32,000 nt of DNA from Phycisphaera mikurensis NBRC 102666 (GTDB lineage: Bacteria > Planctomycetota > Phycisphaerae > Phycisphaerales > Phycisphaeraceae). Under the pieces are notes generated by a model. It worked only from the letters and a program-made list of their open reading frames with translations, made no database searches and was not told the origin of the DNA. Made by a program: the position numbers and the translations under genes. The DNA is taken from NCBI RefSeq assembly GCF_000284115.1, contig NC_017080.1, positions 3,240,001 through 3,272,000 on the forward strand, written 5' to 3'. Positions 24,507-32,000 of this stretch are shown here, piece after piece (position 1 is the stretch's first letter; every line of letters begins with the position of its first letter).

Positions 24507-25526
24507 CTACCACCGCAGCAGCTCCCCCACCACCGGCTCGACAAGGTCTTTCATCGTCACCACGCCCAGCGGGCGGTCCGCGGTCCCGACCACGGCAATC
24601 GTCCAGCGTCGCTTCTGGAAGCGCTCGATCGCGGTGTAGACCGGCATCGTCGGGTCGAGGAAGGGCACGCCGCGGCGCAGCTCCGCCAGCCTCACGTTCT
24701 CCGCCGGGTCGCTCCGGAGCACCTCGAACAGGTCGACCCAGCCGGTGACGCGGCCGTCGGCGTCCACGATCGGCAGGTGCGAGCGTGAGGTGTGGCCCGC
24801 CCGCTCGCGCAGCACCGCCACCGTGTCGCCGGGACCGGCGGTGACGACGTCCGCCCAGGGCGTGGCCTCGCCGCCGACCGTCCGGCCCTCTGCGCGGAAG
24901 ACCCGCTCCAGCAGGTCGCTCTGCTCGCCCGTGAGCACGCCCTGGCCGAGCCCCTCGCGGACCAGCGCCTGCACCTGCCGGCGCGGGTGGCGGACGGAGG
25001 CTTCCTTCCCGCCGTCGCCGCTCCCCGAGCCGGGTCCCTCGCCCACGAGGCGGAGGGCGATGCGTCCGAAGACGCTCACCAGCGGCACGCCGCCGGTGAG
25101 CGTGAACAGCCGCTCGAAGGCGTAGATCGTCCCGGACAGGCGGTACAGCAGCCGGTCTCCGTGCGCGGCGAAGAGGTCCTTGGGCAGCGTCTCCCCGAAG
25201 ACGAAGAGCATCGGCGTGACGAGCCCGACGTTGAGCAGGATCGCCCACCAGCCGGAGATCCCGCCCGCCTCCAGCAGCACCGCCAGCGCGAACGTGCCCA
25301 GGTAGTTCGCGGCGTTGTTGCCCACCAGCAGCACCGCAAGCAGCCGCGCGGGGTCCTCCACGAGCCGCCGCAGCCGCACCGCCGCGGGCACGCCGCGCGC
25401 GTCGAGCAGGTGCAGCCGGACGCGGTTGAGCGTGTACACGCCGGTCTCCACGCCCGAGAAGTAGGCGCTGCCGGCGAAGCCCAGCAGCATGAGCGGGATC
25501 CAGAACGCGAGATCGGCGGCGTTCAC
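24507..25526 (-). CDS. CNNM (DUF21) transmembrane domain plus CBS-pair protein lacking a CorC_HlyC domain
   Basis: 'YFSGVETGVYTLNRVRL', 'LLVGNNAANY' and 'VFGETLPKDL' are DUF21 motifs. A CBS pair lies in the C-half. The GTG start overlaps the upstream stop (GTGA at 25526-25523). Confidence 0.8.
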   Translation of the reverse strand: MNAADLAFWIPLMLLGFAGSAYFSGVETGVYTLNRVRLHLLDARGVPAAVRLRRLVEDPARLLAVLLVGNNAANYLGTFALAVLLEAGGISGWWAILLNVGLVTPMLFVFGETLPKDLFAAHGDRLLYRLSGTIYAFERLFTLTGGVPLVSVFGRIALRLVGEGPGSGSGDGGKEASVRHPRRQVQALVREGLGQGVLTGEQSDLLERVFRAEGRTVGGEATPWADVVTAGPGDTVAVLRERAGHTSRSHLPIVDADGRVTGWVDLFEVLRSDPAENVRLAELRRGVPFLDPTMPVYTAIERFQKRRWTIAVVGTADRPLGVVTMKDLVEPVVGELLRW

Positions 25527-26920
25527 GCGTGCTCCTCGGGCCGTGCCGCCGCCTCGGTTGCGCCCGCCGCGGACCGCGCGGCCCCGTCGGCTCTCTGGAC
25601 CTCGATCCGCGTGATGCGGTGCCCCTCCATCGCCTTGACCTCCAGGCGGATCGGCCCGGCCACCAGCCCGTCGCCCACGGCGGGCAGGCGGTCGAGCTCG
25701 GTCATGACCAAGCCGCCCAGCGTGGCGACGTCGCTCTCGCGGGCCAGCTCGGACTCCGGTTCGGGCAGGTCCAGGCGGTCGGGCCAGTCGATGAGCATCA
25801 GGTTCGCGTCGACCTCGTAGACGCCCTCGCGGCCCCGGACCTCCGTCACGCGCGAGAGGCCGCGGGGTTCGTAGCTGCCGGGGATGTCGCCGAAGAGGTG
25901 CTCGGCGAGGTCCTCGAGGGTGATGAGGCCCGCGGTCCCGCCGAACTCGTCCACGACGATCGAGAAGGTGCGGCCGGTCTTGCGCATCTCCACGAGCATG
26001 CGGTCGGCCCGCTGCTGCTCGGGGACGAAGTGCGTCTGCCGGACGAGCTTGCCGATGCCGCCCTCCGCGGCGGTGCCCGCCGCGGCCGGGTCGAGCCCGC
26101 CGCGGGCGAGCAGGACCTCGCGGGCGTACACCATGCCCTCGATGTGGTCGAGCCCGCCGCGGTGCACGGGGACGTGCCGCAGGCGGCGGCGCGTGACCAG
26201 ATCGAGCAGCTCGCTCACGGGCTCTTCGAGGTCGTAAGCGGCGACGTCGACACGGGGGACCATGAGGTCACGCACCCGCAGCCGCGACAGCTCGATGGCC
26301 TGCCGGAGCAGCAGCGCCTCGCCGTCGGCCAGCACGGCCTGCTCGCCGGAGGTCGACACCAGCTGATCGATCTCCTCCACGCTGAGCGTGTCGGCCTGGG
26401 GCGAGGGCGCGATCAAGCGGGCCAGCGGCGCGATCACGCCCGCCGTGGCGGCGATCCGCACCGGCGAGATCGCCCGGTGCACCAGCAGCATCGGCACCGC
26501 CACCGCCGACGACCAGCGCTCGGCCAGCCGCGCCGCGACCAGCTTGGGCAGCACCTCGCCGAGCAGGATCATGACCACCAGCGGGACCAGCGACAGCACG
26601 ACCAGCAGCCACGCCGGCAGCCCCGCCGCCTCGCCGCGGATCAGAAGGACGGAGGTGATGACGAAGAAGGTCACGTTGATCGTCATGTTGCCCAGCAGCA
26701 GCGTCACCAGCAGGCTCCGCTGCTCCCCCGCGTCCGGCCCGGCCCGCGTGCCCATGAGCGTGCCGAGCGCGCGGCCGGAAGCGCTCGCCCGCCGCGTCAT
26801 CTTCAGCCGCTGCGCCCGCGTCAGCGAGAAGAACGCGGTCTCGCCGCCGGAAAAGAACGCGCTGCCGATGAGCAGCAGCGGCAGCAGGCCCAGGAGCAGG
26901 AGCGTGGAGAGGGAGGGCAT
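25523..26920 (-). CDS. CNNM/CorB-type hemolysin-family protein (DUF21, CBS pair, CorC_HlyC); putative Mg2+/divalent cation exporter
   Basis: 'FFSGGETAFFSLTRAQ', 'LLLGNMTINV' and 'LLGEVLPKLVA' are DUF21 motifs. CBS pair 'RDLMVPRVDV...RHVPVHRGGLDHIEGMVYAREVL' and 'FSIVVDEFGGTAGLITLEDL'. C-terminus 'YEVDANLMLIDW...GHRITRIEV' is CorC_HlyC-like. Confidence 0.85.
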   Translation of the reverse strand: MPSLSTLLLLGLLPLLLIGSAFFSGGETAFFSLTRAQRLKMTRRASASGRALGTLMGTRAGPDAGEQRSLLVTLLLGNMTINVTFFVITSVLLIRGEAAGLPAWLLVVLSLVPLVVMILLGEVLPKLVAARLAERWSSAVAVPMLLVHRAISPVRIAATAGVIAPLARLIAPSPQADTLSVEEIDQLVSTSGEQAVLADGEALLLRQAIELSRLRVRDLMVPRVDVAAYDLEEPVSELLDLVTRRRLRHVPVHRGGLDHIEGMVYAREVLLARGGLDPAAAGTAAEGGIGKLVRQTHFVPEQQRADRMLVEMRKTGRTFSIVVDEFGGTAGLITLEDLAEHLFGDIPGSYEPRGLSRVTEVRGREGVYEVDANLMLIDWPDRLDLPEPESELARESDVATLGGLVMTELDRLPAVGDGLVAGPIRLEVKAMEGHRITRIEVQRADGAARSAAGATEAAARPEEHA

Positions 26921-26928
26921 GGGGGAGG

Positions 26929-27150
26929 GCCGCTGCGCGGCCGGCTTCTTCGAAGGAGACGAAGACGCGCGGCGGGAGGGCCCCGCGGCTGCGGCTTCGT
27001 GGCCGCGACGGTAGAAGCCGGGAGCGGAGTGAGGCGGAGGCCGCTGCGCGGCCGGCTTCTTTGGAAGAGACGGAGATGCGCGGCGGGAGGGTCCTGCGGC
27101 TGCCGCGCCGTGGCCGCGACGGCAGAGGCCGGGAGCGGAGCGGTCGGGGC
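26929..27150. repeat. Tandem duplication of a 111-bp GC-rich structured unit in the leader/promoter region of the CNNM operon
   Basis: Unit 1 (26929-27039) and unit 2 (27040-27150) share the first 22 nt exactly and most of the rest. Each contains an outer stem ccggcttct / aga(a/g)gccgg and inner GC stems. Confidence 0.75.
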
Positions 27151-27264
27151 GCAGAGACGAAGAGACGGAGACGGGCAGAAGAGCGGAGCAGACCGAAGGC
27201 CGAGCGCAGCGACGGCCCGTCTTGCCTGTCTTCGTCTCTTCGTCTCTTCGTCTCTTCGTCTCTT
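27149..27264. repeat. Hairpin repeat element, copy B: purine-rich arm, spacer, then (CGTCTCTT)4 array
   Basis: agagacgaagagacggagacg (27154-27174) is complementary to the octamer array 27233-27264. It is homologous to copy A in the same orientation. It ends 11 nt downstream of the stop of the minus-strand gene 27276-28670. Confidence 0.65.
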
Positions 27265-27275
27265 TCCCTCCCCCC

Positions 27276-28670
27276 CTACCCCCCCGCCAGCGCCACCAAC
27301 GCCCCCGCCACCTCCCGGTCTTCCGCCTCCGCGATCACGCGCACGACCGGCTCGGTGTTGCTCGGGCGGACGTGGACCCAGCCGCGGGGCAGATCGACCC
27401 GCACGCCGTCCTGCCGATCGACCACGGCGGCGGGCTCGCCCTCGGTGACGCGACGCTCGGCCGCCCCGAGAAAGCCGGCGACGCCGCCGGGCACGCCGCC
27501 GACGGGCTGCTTGGTCTTCACCACGGCGTAGGCGGGAACGCGGGCCACCAAATCGGCGAGGCTCGCGTTCTCCCGGGCCATCCGCCGCAGCGTGGCGGCC
27601 ATGCCGACGACGCTGTCGCGGACCTGGCTCACGCGGGCGTCGATGATGCCGCCGTTGCCCTCCCCGCCGACCCTGGCGCCCTCCCGCCGCATTGCCGCCG
27701 CGACGTTGGCTTCGCCCACGGGCGAGCGGACCACGCGGCCGCCGACGGCCTCGGCCACGTGGTCGATCATCCGGCTGGTCGACAGGTTCGCCGCGACGGC
27801 GCCGCCCGGCTCCAGCAGCGCCATCGCCCCGATCACCAGGGTGTACTCCTCGCCCACGAAGCGGCCGCCGGCGTCGACGAGCGCGAGCCGGTCGGCGTCG
27901 GGGTCCAGGGCGAATCCCGCCGCCGCACCCCCCTCCCGCACCGCCTCGCAGAGCCCGGTGAGGTTCGCGGCGACCGGCTCGGGGTCGTGCGGGAAGTCGC
28001 CGGTCGGCTCGCGGTGCAGCAGCTCGGCCTCGACGCCCAGGGCCGCGAGCAGGAGCGCCGCCTCCGCGCCGCCGGCGCCCGCGACGCAGTCGACGACGAC
28101 CCGGAAGCCCGCCGCCCGCACCGCCGCCCGCTCGTTGGCGGGCACCGTCGCGAGCACCGCGTCCACGTGCCGCTGGGCGGCCCCGCCGTCCCGCACGTCC
28201 TCGCCCGCGGCGTCCGCGGCCGGCGCGGCGGCCCCGTGGAAGTCGGCGACGATCCCGGCCACCGCGTCCGGCGGCGGGGCCACGCCGTCGTGCCGCAGCG
28301 GCTTCACGCCGTTCCAAGGCGAAGGGTTGTGGCTGGCGGTCAGCACGAGCCCCCCGTCGGCCCCCGCCGCCTGGAGGGCCACCGCGACGCCGGGCGTCGA
28401 GAGGATGCCCACGCGGCGGACCCGGCAGCCCGCGGCGTGCAGCCCCCGGACCGCAGCTTCCTCGAACGCCGCCCCCGAGGGGCGCGAGTCGCGGCCTACG
28501 ACGACCAGGGGGCGGTCCGTGCCGCGTTCCCCCGCCAGCCACCGCCCCACCGCCGCCGCGTAGCGGGCGACGACGGCCTCCGTCAGCGACCCGCCGACGA
28601 TCCCCCGCATCCCGCTGACGCCGAGCATGAGCGGGGAGGGGGAGGCGTCGGCGGGGGCGTCGTGGCTCAT
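27276..28670 (-). CDS. Alpha-D-phosphohexomutase family protein (phosphoglucosamine/phosphomannomutase-like)
   Basis: Active-site loop 'LTASHNPSPWNGVK', metal loop 'FALDPDADRL', sugar loop 'GGEGNGGII'. The N-terminus has 'GVSGMRG'. An alternative start at ATG 28628 is possible. Confidence 0.85.
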   Translation of the reverse strand: MSHDAPADASPSPLMLGVSGMRGIVGGSLTEAVVARYAAAVGRWLAGERGTDRPLVVVGRDSRPSGAAFEEAAVRGLHAAGCRVRRVGILSTPGVAVALQAAGADGGLVLTASHNPSPWNGVKPLRHDGVAPPPDAVAGIVADFHGAAAPAADAAGEDVRDGGAAQRHVDAVLATVPANERAAVRAAGFRVVVDCVAGAGGAEAALLLAALGVEAELLHREPTGDFPHDPEPVAANLTGLCEAVREGGAAAGFALDPDADRLALVDAGGRFVGEEYTLVIGAMALLEPGGAVAANLSTSRMIDHVAEAVGGRVVRSPVGEANVAAAMRREGARVGGEGNGGIIDARVSQVRDSVVGMAATLRRMARENASLADLVARVPAYAVVKTKQPVGGVPGGVAGFLGAAERRVTEGEPAAVVDRQDGVRVDLPRGWVHVRPSNTEPVVRVIAEAEDREVAGALVALAGG

Positions 28671-28750
28671 GGCGGGTTCGGGTGGGCGGCCCGGCGGCCG
28701 CGCGGGCGAAGATAGAGCGGGACCGGGTCGCGCGACGCGGCCGCGGGGCC

Positions 28751-29458
28751 TCAGCGGCCGCCGTTTGGGAACCCGCGGAGCAGGGCCGCCGGCTCCAGCC
28801 CGCCGAGGGCGGGCTCCACGCGCTCCGCGCCGGCGGCGCGGAGCGTCGCGGCGTCGTGAGACTGGCTGAGGCCGAGGGTCCGCATGCCCGCACCGAGGGC
28901 GGAGCGGAGCCCGGCCCGGGTGTCCTCGATGGCGAGGCAGGCGGCGGGCGCGACGCCGATCCGCTCCGCGGCGAGGCGGAAGGTCTGGGGGTCGGGCTTG
29001 CTGCGGGCGACGTCGTCGGCGCTGACGATGACGTCGAAGGCGTCGGCGAGGCCGATGAGGCCGAGCATCAGCACGATGTCGGCCCGGGTCGCGCCGCTCG
29101 CGACAGCGCGGGGGATGCCCGCGGCGACGGTGCCGCGGACGAAGGCGACCGAACCCGCGAAGGCGAGGCGGTCCGCGGCGGCGGCGGCGGCCGCGAGCCG
29201 CTCGAAGCGCGGGCCCTTCTCGCGGGTCATGCGGGCGACGCGGTCGGGCTCGGCGGGCTCGCCGGCCTCGGCAAGCAGCGTCTCGAAGGCCTCGCGGTCG
29301 TCGAAGCCGATGTACGTCTCGAGGTAGCGGCCGTAGGTCAGCGTCACGCCGAGCTCGCGGGCGACCTCCTCGAAGGCGGCGAAGTGCAGGGGCTCGGAAT
29401 CGACGAGGACGCCGTCGAAGTCGAAGACGATGGCTCGGAGGTCGGCGGGGTCGGGCAT
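28751..29458 (-). CDS. HAD-superfamily hydrolase, subfamily IA (beta-phosphoglucomutase/phosphatase-like)
   Basis: Motif I 'VFDFDGVLVDSEPLH', motif II 'AVASGA', motif III/IV 'K...PDP' and 'CLAIEDTRAGLRSALGAGM'. Confidence 0.85.
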   Translation of the reverse strand: MPDPADLRAIVFDFDGVLVDSEPLHFAAFEEVARELGVTLTYGRYLETYIGFDDREAFETLLAEAGEPAEPDRVARMTREKGPRFERLAAAAAAADRLAFAGSVAFVRGTVAAGIPRAVASGATRADIVLMLGLIGLADAFDVIVSADDVARSKPDPQTFRLAAERIGVAPAACLAIEDTRAGLRSALGAGMRTLGLSQSHDAATLRAAGAERVEPALGGLEPAALLRGFPNGGR

Positions 29459-29706
29459 GGGCCGAAGCTAGGCCGCGTCCAGAACGCCCTCGAAGCCGGA
29501 GCGGAAGCCGGAGGGTTCGCCGCCGGGGAGGCCGGAGAACCGGGGCTTGGCGCGAAGCCGCGGAAGCGTCGGGACCGCCCCCATCCCGCGCGGCGCAGGC
29601 GTCACGGCCGGGCGATGCGCTTCAGTCGGGCGTGCGGCCGGCCGATGGAGCGGGCACCTCCCGGCACGGCCGGCGGAGGCATCCCCGCAACCCGACCGAG
29701 AGAAGC

Positions 29707-30291
29707 ATGCCGTCCACCCGCACCAAAGAGATCCTGACCACCGGCGAGGTCGCGAAGATCTGCAGCGTCGCGCCCCGCACCGTCAGCAAGTGGTTCGACA
29801 ACGGCTCGCTGAAGGGCTACCGGATCCCCGGCTCCAAGGACCGGCGGATCCCGATGGCTCAGCTCGTCCGCTTCATGAAGCAGCACGAGATCCCGCTCGA
29901 CGGGCTGCAGTCGGGCAACACCCGCGTGCTGTTCGTGGACACCGCCAGCGAGTCGCTGGACGTGCTGGCGAAGGTGCTCAGCGAGCAGGCCCACTACGCG
30001 GTGGAGATCACCCACGGCGGCTTCTCCGCCGGCATCACGGCGGAGAAGTTCCGCCCCCACGTGATCCTCGTGGACCTGCACCTGGACACCATCCGCGGCG
30101 AGGACGTCGTCAAGCTGGTCCGCTCCACCGACGACCTGCAGATGAGCAAGGTCATCGCGATGAGCTCCAAGCTCACCGACGGGCAGGCGGGGGCGCTGCT
30201 CTCGCAGGGCTTCGACGGCTACCTGCGGAAGCCCTTCCACGCCCGCAGCGTCATCGAGCAGATCGAGAAGGCGACCTCCTTCGTCTACTGA
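29707..30291 (+). CDS. Regulator with an N-terminal excisionase/MerR-type HTH and a C-terminal receiver (REC) domain
   Basis: 'LTTGEVAKICSVAPRTVSKWFDNGSLKGYRIPGSKDRRI' is HTH_17-like. The REC domain has 'RVLFVDT', 'VILVDLHLD', 'VIAMSS' and 'YLRKPF'. Confidence 0.75.
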   Translation: MPSTRTKEILTTGEVAKICSVAPRTVSKWFDNGSLKGYRIPGSKDRRIPMAQLVRFMKQHEIPLDGLQSGNTRVLFVDTASESLDVLAKVLSEQAHYAVEITHGGFSAGITAEKFRPHVILVDLHLDTIRGEDVVKLVRSTDDLQMSKVIAMSSKLTDGQAGALLSQGFDGYLRKPFHARSVIEQIEKATSFVY

Positions 30292-30416
30292 AACGCGCCG
30301 ACCTCCGAGGCGCGAAGCGGAAGAGCCGGCCGGGCCCCGCCCGCCGGCTCTTCGCGTGCGCGGCGGGCCGCTGCGCCGCCGCCTTGGAGCCAGCAGCGGC
30401 CTGCTAGGTTGCGGCC

Positions 30417-32000
30417 ATGCCCAGCGGGAACGCCGAACTCCAGGCCGACACGGCCCAACGCCTCGCGGACGCGGGATCCGAGGAGGCCACGGCGGACAGC
30501 GAGTTCTACGACCCGATGCCCGCGGGCTACGTCCGCGGCCGTCACCGCTACGTGATGGTTTTCGGCACGGTGATGTCGGGGCTGGGCAAGGGCATCTTCG
30601 CCTCCTCCCTGGCGAAGCTGCTGAAAGACAAGGGCCTCACGGTCGCGCCCATCAAGCTCGAGGGGTACCTGAACCTCGACTCCGGGACGCTGTCGCCTTA
30701 CCGCCACGGCGAGGTGTTCGTGCTCGACGACGGGCTCGAGACCGACATGGACCTGGGCACGTACGAGCGGCTGCTCGACCAGGACCTCACCCGGCAGAAC
30801 TACGCGACGGCCGGCCGCATCTTCCAGGAGGTTCTCAACAAGGAGCGCGCGGGCGACTACCTCGGCCGCGACGTGCAGATGATCCCCCACGTCACCGGCA
30901 GCGTGAAGCACATGCTCCGCTCGCTCGCGGTGGAGACCGGGGCGGACGTCGTCTTCATCGAGGTCGGCGGGACCGTCGGCGACTACGAGAACGCCTTCTA
31001 CATCGAAGCCCTGCGGCAGCTGGCCTTCGAGGAGGGGCCCAGCTCGGCCTCGATGGTCGCGCTCACCTACGTGATCGAGCCGCCCGCCCTGGGCGAGCAG
31101 AAGACCAAGGCGGCTCAGCTGGGCCTCAAGAAGCTGCTCGAGGCGGGCGTTCAGCCGCACATCGTGGCGACACGCTCCGCCGAGCCGCTGACCGATCCGG
31201 CCCGCGAGAAGATCGCGATGTTCTCGGGTGTGCCCGTCGCAAACGTCTTCTCGATGCACGACCGCGAGAGCATCTACACGATCCCCGAGGACCTGCACGA
31301 GATCGGGCTCGACACCGAGGTTCTCACGAGGCTGCGGCTGCTCGACCGGGTGAGCGTGGAGAAGGAGGAAGCGGCGCGAGCAAGGTGGCAGCGCTTCGTG
31401 GGCAAGCTCAAGGGGGAGCGGCGGTTCTCGCTGAAGCTCGGCCTCACCGGCAAGTACGCCGCGCTCCGCGACGCGTACGCCTCCGTCGACAAGGCCATCG
31501 AGCACGTCGGCGCCCGCCTCTCCTGCGACATCGACGTCGACTGGCTCGACACCACCACCTTCGAACCCGACGAGGCGGCCGGCCGCCTCGCCGAGATGGA
31601 CGCGGTCATCGTCCCCGGCGGCTTCGGCCAGCGGGGCACCGAGAGCAAGATCGGCTGCGTCCGCCACTGCCGCGAGAGCGGGACGCCGTACCTGGGCATC
31701 TGCCTGGGCTTCCAGATGGCGGTCATCGAGCACGCCCGCCACGTCGCGGGCCTGCCGGGCGCCGGCTCCTCGGAGCTGAGCCCCGGCTGCGAGGACAAGG
31801 TCGTCGACATCCTCCCCGAGCAGAAGGCCATCGAGGGCCTCGGCGGCAACATGCGGCTCGGCGGGCAGTCCGTCCTCGTCCAGCCCGACACGCTCGCGGC
31901 GTTCCTGTACCGCGTCCGCGAGCAGGACGGGGGCGGCGTGAAGGGCGGCGGGCCGCACGAGCCCTTCACGGTGCGCGAGCGCTTCCGCCACCGCTACGAG
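30417..32000 (+). CDS. pyrG: CTP synthase (3' end lies outside the window)
   Basis: Manual translation of frame 3 gives 'RYVMVFGTVMSGLGKGI', 'LDSGTLSPYRHGEVFVLDDGLETDMDLGTYERLL', 'GGFGQRGTESKI', 'YLGICLGFQM' and 'RERFRHRYE'. The frame is open to the window end and is absent from the ORF track for that reason. The start may be 30417 or the internal ATG at 30516. Confidence 0.85.
   Translation, partial: MPSGNAELQADTAQRLADAGSEEATADSEFYDPMPAGYVRGRHRYVMVFGTVMSGLGKGIFASSLAKLLKDKGLTVAPIKLEGYLNLDSGTLSPYRHGEVFVLDDGLETDMDLGTYERLLDQDLTRQNYATAGRIFQEVLNKERAGDYLGRDVQMIPHVTGSVKHMLRSLAVETGADVVFIEVGGTVGDYENAFYIEALRQLAFEEGPSSASMVALTYVIEPPALGEQKTKAAQLGLKKLLEAGVQPHIVATRSAEPLTDPAREKIAMFSGVPVANVFSMHDRESIYTIPEDLHEIGLDTEVLTRLRLLDRVSVEKEEAARARWQRFVGKLKGERRFSLKLGLTGKYAALRDAYASVDKAIEHVGARLSCDIDVDWLDTTTFEPDEAAGRLAEMDAVIVPGGFGQRGTESKIGCVRHCRESGTPYLGICLGFQMAVIEHARHVAGLPGAGSSELSPGCEDKVVDILPEQKAIEGLGGNMRLGGQSVLVQPDTLAAFLYRVREQDGGGVKGGGPHEPFTVRERFRHRYE

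Noticed and set aside
23441-27264. A CRISPR-array interpretation of the 102-bp, 111-bp and octamer repeats
   Set aside because: There are only two copies of each long unit, and they are directly abutting with no unique spacers. Unit lengths are far above CRISPR repeat size, the octamers are a microsatellite, and no cas genes are in the window.
25529-28893. 639-aa plus ORF (25529-27448) and 690-aa minus ORF (26821-28893) running through the repeat-filled intergenic region
   Set aside because: They read straight through tandem repeats and hairpin elements, and they are antisense to or out of frame with the CNNM and phosphohexomutase genes. Their composition is non-protein-like.
30285-31991. 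568-aa minus-strand ORF opposite pyrG
   Set aside because: The plus-strand frame from 30417 translates to unmistakable CTP synthase motifs (GLGKGI, GICLGFQM, RHRYE). The minus ORF is its antisense shadow.

Overview
The window is very GC-rich, and nearly all third codon positions are G/C, so all six frames carry long shadow ORFs. Gene content suggests a Planctomycetota (Phycisphaerae-like) chromosome: prepilin-like DUF1559-type proteins, a PEP-CTERM protein, and many secreted CAZymes. I could not confirm this without a database search.

Gene order:
- Plus strand: (1) the 3' end of a prepilin-like gene, then GH10 xylanase-like, GH78 rhamnosidase-like and a small OM beta-barrel. An IS630-family element sits exactly in the TA of the barrel gene's stop codon. 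(2) A long palindromic element and a bidirectional terminator. (3) A Pho module: DUF971, OprO/P-like porin, phoB, phoR, phoU. (4) A PEP-CTERM protein behind a near-consensus promoter in the only AT-rich island.
- Minus strand: (5) an operon of prepilin-like gene, heparinase II/III-like lyase, a 728-aa secreted unknown and a 61-aa TM ORF, with a divergent LacI regulator.
- Remainder: (6) a PocR-GAF-PP2C phosphatase, a REP-like double hairpin and an orphan PD-(D/E)XK-like ORF. (7) Two translationally coupled CNNM/CBS transporter genes bracketed by a hairpin repeat family that carries a (CGTCTCTY)n octamer array, plus a 111-bp tandem duplication. (8) A phosphohexomutase, a HAD hydrolase, an HTH-receiver regulator and the 5' part of pyrG.

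The most interesting signal is that a prepilin-like gene leads a polysaccharide-degrading operon twice in this window. The intergenic repeat/hairpin families around 23.4-27.3 kb come second. No CRISPR array, tRNA or rRNA was found.
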